DNA of 64,000 nt. Origin: the human T2T-CHM13v2.0 reference genome, Homo sapiens. Below the pieces are notes generated by a model. The model was not told where the DNA came from, searched no databases, and worked only from the letters and a program-made list of their open reading frames with translations. The stretch lies in NCBI RefSeq assembly GCF_009914755.1, contig NC_060929.1; one strand, 5' to 3'. Of this stretch, positions 56,305-64,000 are shown one piece after another (the first letter of the stretch is position 1; every line of letters begins with the position of its first letter). Both the position numbers and the translations under genes were made by a program.

Positions 56305-59218
56305 TTATAAAAGTTGGTTACTTGAAAGGATAAACAAGATTGATAGACCACTAGCAAGATTAACAAAGAAAAAAAGAGTGAAGACCCAAATAAGCACAAT
56401 AAAAAATGTAAAAGATGACATTACAAGAGATTCCACAGAAGTGAAAAAGATCTTCACACTATTACAAGCACCTCTATGCACACAAAGTAGACAATCTAGA
56501 GGAAATGGATAAATTGGAACAAAGGCTTTAAAAAATCTAGGGTTTATGTGTGTGTGTATGTGGGTGGGGGGGCGGGTGGAGTTTACTATGAAAGTATCAT
56601 TTTTGTTTTCAGCTGACCCCCGTATATATAAAGCCATTATTTGGAGTAAGTATGTATGTGGAAATGGAAACACACAACCTGCCTAGATTGAACCAGGAAG
56701 AAACTGAAATTCTGAACAGACCAATAACGAGTTCTGAAATTGAATCAATAATAAAAAACCTACCAATTAAAAAAAGCCCTTGACCAGATGGATTCACAGC
56801 CAAATTCTACCAGATGTACAAAGAAGAGCTGGTACTAATCCTACTAAAACTATTCTAAAAAAGCAATCTAGAAAGAGGGCCTCATCCCTAACTTATTCTA
56901 CAAGGGAAACATCATTCTAATACCAAAACCTGGTAGAGAAACAACAACAACAACAAAACTACAGGCCAATATCCCTGATGAACACAGATACAAAAATCTT
57001 CAACAAAACACTAGCAAACTGAATCCAGCTGCACATCAAAAAGTTAATTCACCACAATCAAGTAGGCTTTATTTCTGGGATGCAAGGCTCGTTCAACATA
57101 TGCAAATCAATAAATGTGATTCACCACATAACAAAAAAAATAATGATCATCTCAATAGATGCAGAAAAAGTTGCGATAAAATCCAGCATCTCTTCATGAT
57201 AAAAACCTTCACCAAACTAGGTATTGAAGGAACATACCTCAAAGTAATAAAGAGCCCTGTATGACAAACCAACAGCCAACATCATACCAAATGGGCAAAA
57301 GCTGGAAGCATTCCCCTTAATGCAATAAGACAAGGATGCCCAATGTCACCATTCCAATTTAACATAGTACTGGAAATCCTAGTCAGAACAATCAGGTAAG
57401 AGAAAGAGATAAAAGGCTTCCAAATAGGAAAATAAATAATCAAACGATCTCTTTTCACTTATGATTCTATACCTAGAAAACCCTGAAGACTCTGTCAAAA
57501 GGCTCCTGGAGCTGATAAACAACTTTGGTAAAGGTTCAGGATTTAAAATCAATGTACAAAAATCAGTAGCATTTCTATACACCAGTAATGTTCAAGCTGA
57601 GAGCCAAATCAAGAATGCAATCCCATTTGTAACAGTCACAAAAAGAGTAAAATACCTAGGAATGCATCTAAGTTAGTTTAAAATTTTTACAAGGAGAACT
57701 ACAAAACACTGCTGAAAGAAATCAAAGATGACACAAACAAATGGAATAACATTCCATGCTCATGGACTGGTAGAATCAGTATAGTTAAAATGGTCATACT
57801 ACCCAAAGCAATTTATAGATTCAACACTATTCCTATCAAACTACAATGTCATTTTTCACAGAATTAGCAAAAAGCATTCTAAAATTCCTATGGAACCAAA
57901 AAATGCCCCAAATAGCCAAAGCAATCCTAAGCAAAAAGAACAAAGTTGGCAACATCACATTACCCCAAATCAAACTATACTACAGGCTATAGTAACCGAA
58001 ACAGCATGGTACTGGTAAAAAAAAACCACACACAATGGTACAGAATAGAGTCCAGAAATAAAGACACACACCTACAGCCATGTAATCTACACAAAGTTGA
58101 TAAAAATAAGCCATAGGGAAAAGACTCCCTATTCCATTAATGGTGCTGGGATAACTGGCTATCCATGTGCAGAAGAATGAAACTGGACCCCTACCTACTG
58201 CCATATAAAAATTAGTAAGGTGGATTAAAGATGTAAATGTAAGACCTCAAACTATGAAAATCCTAGAAGAAAACCTAGGAAATAACCTTCTCGACATTGG
58301 CCTTGGGAAAGAATTTATGACTAATCCCCAAAAGAAACTGCAACAAAAACAAAAATTGACAATGGGACCTAACTAAAGAGTTTCTGCAAATCAAGAGAAA
58401 CTATCACAATCTACAGAATGGGAGAAAATATTTGCAAACTATGCATCTGACAAAGCCCTAATATCCAGAGTTTATATGGAACTTAAATTAACAAGCAAAA
58501 ACAACCCCATTAAAAATGGGCAAAGGACATGAACAGACACTTCTCAAAAAAAGACATACGTGTGGCCAACAAACATATGGAAAAATGCTGATTGTTAATC
58601 ATCAGAGAAATGCAAGTCAAAACCACAATGACACCACTGTGGAAAGAAGTTTGGAGATTCTTCAAAGAATTAAGAGTTTAACTACCATTCAACCTAGCAA
58701 TCCTATTGCTGGGAATATACCCAAAGAAAAATAAATCATTCTATCAAAAAGACACATGTACCCATATGTTCACTGCAGCATGGTTTGCAATAGCAAAGAC
58801 ATGGAACCAACCCAGGTGCCCATCAACAGTGGACTGGATAAAGAAAATGTGGTATTTATATGCCATGGAATACTATGTGGCCACAAAAAGAATGAAATCA
58901 CGTCCTTTGCAGCAACATGGATGTAGCAGGCGGCCAGTATCCTACATGAACTAATGCAGAAAAACAAATACCATGTTCTCATTTATAAATGGGAGCTAAA
59001 CATTGAGTACACATAGACATAAAGATGGGAACAGACACTGGGAAATACAAGAGGGGGGATAGAGGAAGGGAGGCACAGGTTAAAAAGCACCTGTTAGGTA
59101 CTGTGCTTACTTCCTAGATGAAAGGTTCAATCATACTCCAAACACCGGCATCACACAATGTATCTTAGTAACAAACCTGTACATGTACCCCTAGAATCTA
59201 AAATAAAAGTTGAAAATA
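56305..59218 (+). mobile_element. 5'-truncated primate L1 (L1PB-like), degenerate ORF2 and 3' UTR, antisense to NR3C1 (intron 4)
   Basis: Continuous L1 ORF2 similarity ([36 protein letters not shown]) ending in aataaaagttgaaaa. Confidence 0.92.
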
Positions 59219-60191
59219 AGAGAGAAACTACTAGATTGGGTTTTTGAACTTAAAAAAATTAGTTTCAGTAATATTTGGTTATAAATCTGACAATGCCACA
59301 AGACTAAGCTTCATTTGACTGTTTATACTAAAAATAAAGCCATACTTTGGATTGATTACAATATATCTTAAAATGAAGTGAATAAAAACATTTAGTTTCA
59401 AGAGAAAAACAAGCAAGTTTTTTAAAAAAAAACATTTAGGATCACCATTAAAAATCTTATCTGTTCTTAAATGCTAGGCCCTTTAAGCAGTGAAGGCCAC
59501 TCCCTTAAAATAAATCTTGAGATTTACTTGGTATGGGGCAAGAGTATAAAAATACACCACTTGGAGTCCTAAGTTACATTTATGGAGAGACTTGGGCAAA
59601 GTTATTCTGGGGCTATCATCGAAACTGCTTGGCTTAGGGGAAGCACTCTGATGAACAAGAGAATATTTCTGAAGGTTGTTAAAAAAAAAAGTGTGAAACA
59701 CATGGCTCATCTGTATTGTAAGTGTTAGGGTCTGCCAAAGATTCCTGGCATACGTACATACCAGGCCAAATAAAGATTTTATGTATACTGAGGTTAGTTC
59801 AATACAAAAATGATAGTTTTACAGTGAAACCACACACACAAACCCTAAGAACTTTTTTAAGCCTTTCTTTCAATTCATCTACAAGTAGAATTGGATCATT
59901 TATATGATATGTGCCACACGGTACATATCATAGTAGGAAATAACAAATCAGAATTTTCTTCCACTATGTAGTATAAAAATGGATATAAAGTAAATCATGG
60001 CCCTATTCAAAGGTGTTTTTAATAATCAGGGTCCAAAAAGTAGAAGAATGTATATCAAAGACTAACATGTAGTAGTTTTCAACAAATGCCAATTTCTACA
60101 CTAACTGGATACGTTATACTGACTATAAAAGCATATAATTGGTTATTTTTAATACAATATTTTGAGAAACTGCAGCCTAAATTGTATGCTT

Positions 60192-60588
<397 letters not shown>

Positions 60589-61492
60589 TAATTAATAGAA
60601 AAATCAGATGTCAGTCACTGCCTGGGGTCGTCTTCTAGTACAGTAAGGGCAAAGGGCACTGCAATTGCTATTAAACTGTAAGAAGGAGGAAAAAATGGAC
60701 AGATTTCGTAGCCTAGTCCATCAAAATCATTACTTTGTAGTTGATATATCTTTTTTCTTTTGATGAAAGAAGGCCCTCATAGTTTGGATAGGGAGAAATT
60801 GCCCAGAAAAACATTATATACTTAAAACTCCAAAGATCTTAAACTTTATATGTATTCAGAAAAGCACCTAAAAATGTTACTGGGTAAGCAACCACAATAT
60901 ATTAGAGATACGACAGAATTTTATTTGGGTTTGTCCTTTGAGCTTCATTCAAAACCTATTTCGAAATATAAAATAGGTAAAATGAAAAAATGAAGATTAG
61001 AGATAATTGGGACCGGAGAAAATAAACCAAAGGGCACTAAAAACTCAAGTGTCTTAATACATATTTAAATGGTCAAAGTATATTACATACATAGGAGATT
61101 AGAGAGCAGCAAGATGAAACTGGGTAAAATCTGGGCAGAGATCTGGTATCTAAGAAAGTGGGGAATACTGTTTTTATAACAAAAATAAACTACCCTTGTG
61201 GAACTGAAAGCAAACTTCTGTGTGCATTTTTTAGTTAATCTCTACAGTTTTTATAACATTTACAAGAAAGTGGGCAGCTATCATTTTATGTAAATCAATG
61301 TTTAACATGCTGACACTCTGCAGTTAAGTTTAAATAGCCTGGTCAAACGTAGATAGAGTTGTGTGTGTGGTTTGGGGAATTAGACTCTTCATAGTCATAC
61401 CCATAAATCTATTTTCTATTTAACAAGATGTCTACACACAGTGTGTGCTAGATAGCACCAACAATTAGTCTCTCCTATCAAAAGAACCACAT

Positions 61493-61808
61493 AGGTCAGT
61501 TGCAGTGGCTCACACCTGTAATACCAGCACTTTGGGAGGCCACGTTGGGAGGATCACTTAAGGCCAGGAGTTAGACACCAGCCTGGGAACATAGCAAGAC
61601 CCCTTTGTCTCTACAAAAAATTAAAACAAAAATTAAAAAAAAATCAGCTGGGCATGGTAGTGTACATCCGTAGCCCTACTGGGTGGGAAGATGGCTTGAG
61701 TCTAGGAGTTCAAGGCTGCAGTGAGCCATGTTCATGTCACTGCACTCCAGCCTGGGTGACAAGAGTTAGACTCTGTCTCTAAAATAATAATAATCATCAT
61801 AATCATAA
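61493..61808 (+). mobile_element. AluJ-like element
   Basis: Alu consensus; TSD aaaa(g)gaaccacat. Confidence 0.9.
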
Positions 61809-62377
61809 AAGGAACCACATGGTTTCCATTCTCTCTCAGTACTGCCATCTCTTATCTGGAGGACTGCCATATTCACTTAATTGGTCTCTCCATGTAAGAT
61901 TAGTCTTTGTAAAATACAAATCTGATCATGTCTCTGCCCTTATTTTTCATCTATCTAATTCCTACTCAGCTTATAGATTTAAAATTCAATGTTACTTCTT
62001 CCTTGACTTCCAAGACAGAATTAGGTGACCTTCCTCTTGTTCCTGTGGCCCTATGCCCTCTATGGTGTGCCATGCTATTTTGTGACTGACTCTGCAACCT
62101 AACTAGCAGATAAACTACTTGAATACAGGCACTATTTTATTCATTTTATACCTAGTGACTGCCTTGTTGGTGCATATTTGTTGAATAAAAGTGCTAATTT
62201 CACAATAAATACTAAGCATATGTGTTATGAGATCACCACTACCTTCACAGAACTTGCAATTTCAACCACAGCAGAATTCCAAACTTTTTTCAGAGGAAAA
62301 TTTTTTAATGCTGAGATCAGTGTTAATTATACAACTTGTTATATAAACAGGGATATGAAACTCTAACTTATAACTAG

Positions 62378-62888
<511 letters not shown>

Positions 62889-63397
62889 CAGGTTTCTTCT
62901 TTACTTGAAAACCAAAACAAAACCCATCCAGTTCTTCCTTGAGGTTTTTTTTTTCCCACCACCCCCCGCTTGAAGATCTGTAATAAAACACAGATCTCCA
63001 AGTAAAAGGTATGCTTTTAAAAGGCAAACAGAAAAATGGACATGTAAATATGTCTGATACAGAAACATTTCCAACCCTAGGGAATAGTTTTGAGGCTGAA
63101 AAAAGGAGTAAGAATAATAAAGTTGCTGCATGTTGTGTAAGTTTCATTATTACATAATTTCCTTTCTTTGTATATAGTCTGGCTGTACTGAATTCAGTGT
63201 GTGTAAGAAGAACTGGTGGATAAACAAACAATATGACATATTCATGAAAAAAATTTCCCATTTTTATTGGGCAGTAACATTATGCTAGTCAAGCATATAT
63301 ATACTGAACTGACTACATTAATTACATCTGCTTACGTGTATCTTCAAAAGTAAAATGATAAATTTTTATAAGCTACAGAGACAAACAATTGCTTTCA

Positions 63398-63547
<150 letters not shown>

Positions 63548-63965
63548 CTATTAAAGTTTCACAGGTCTTCAAACATATTTTATAAGGACAGCCTCTGTCT
63601 TTGTTTCCGGTGGAATATAACCAAGACACCCACAGGTATTGCCTTGAGGGAATGTTCTTGCCTACATTGCCATTATGAGGTCGAGAGGTCAAAAACAACA
63701 AAAAGAGTCTCCCTTTTTCTGTTCAACAAACTGAAAACAGTGCAATAAAAAACCTTATTGCAGTATTCACATATAAAAAAAGTACACAAATCAGTGAACC
63801 ATTTAATAAATTTTTACAAACCAAGAACCTTTATGTAATCAGCTCTCAGATCAAGAAACAGAACAGTACCCCAACAGGCCCCCTTTCTGCCCAATTCCAG
63901 CCAGTACCCACCAAGGGTAACTACTTTTTTGATAAACTGTGTTTTACACAGTTTGATAGATTATG

Positions 63966-64000
63966 TTTTTTTATTTTTATTTTTTTGAGATGGAGTCTCG
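63966..64000 (-). mobile_element. Alu tail and 3' end, cut by the window edge
   Basis: polyT followed by gagatggagtctcg. Confidence 0.8.

Overview
Human (primate) genomic DNA containing the 3' half of NR3C1 (glucocorticoid receptor, 5q31.3) on the minus strand: exon 4 (second zinc finger, 63412-63528), exons 5-8 (hinge and ligand-binding domain), and the composite exon 9 with the GR-alpha (35252-35404) and GR-beta (32726-32773) C-termini and a ~4 kb 3' UTR ending near 31293. All exons have GT-AG boundaries and join in frame to the known 777-aa GR-alpha. The in-frame intron read-throughs behind the GR-P and intron-8-retained isoforms are also visible. Bases 1-31200 are downstream intergenic DNA dominated by Alus, old L1s, LTRs, DNA transposons and microsatellites; nearly all short ORFs in the track are repeat-derived noise. 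I see no evidence for a new multi-gene system. The most unusual items are mutational fossils: (i) a lone centromeric alpha-satellite monomer inserted in an intron-4 Alu with a snap-back templated junction (62635-62860), (ii) an ERV1-like element with mRNA architecture (R-U5-PBS...U3-R-polyA), suggesting an L1-made retrocopy (6754-8000), (iii) a ~150-bp foreign fragment with a 33-nt exon-like unit inside an L1 ORF2 remnant (56516-56665), and (iv) a (TG)n/(CA)n-associated duplication-inversion (13871-14132). Repeat subfamily names and many repeat boundaries are judged by eye and approximate.
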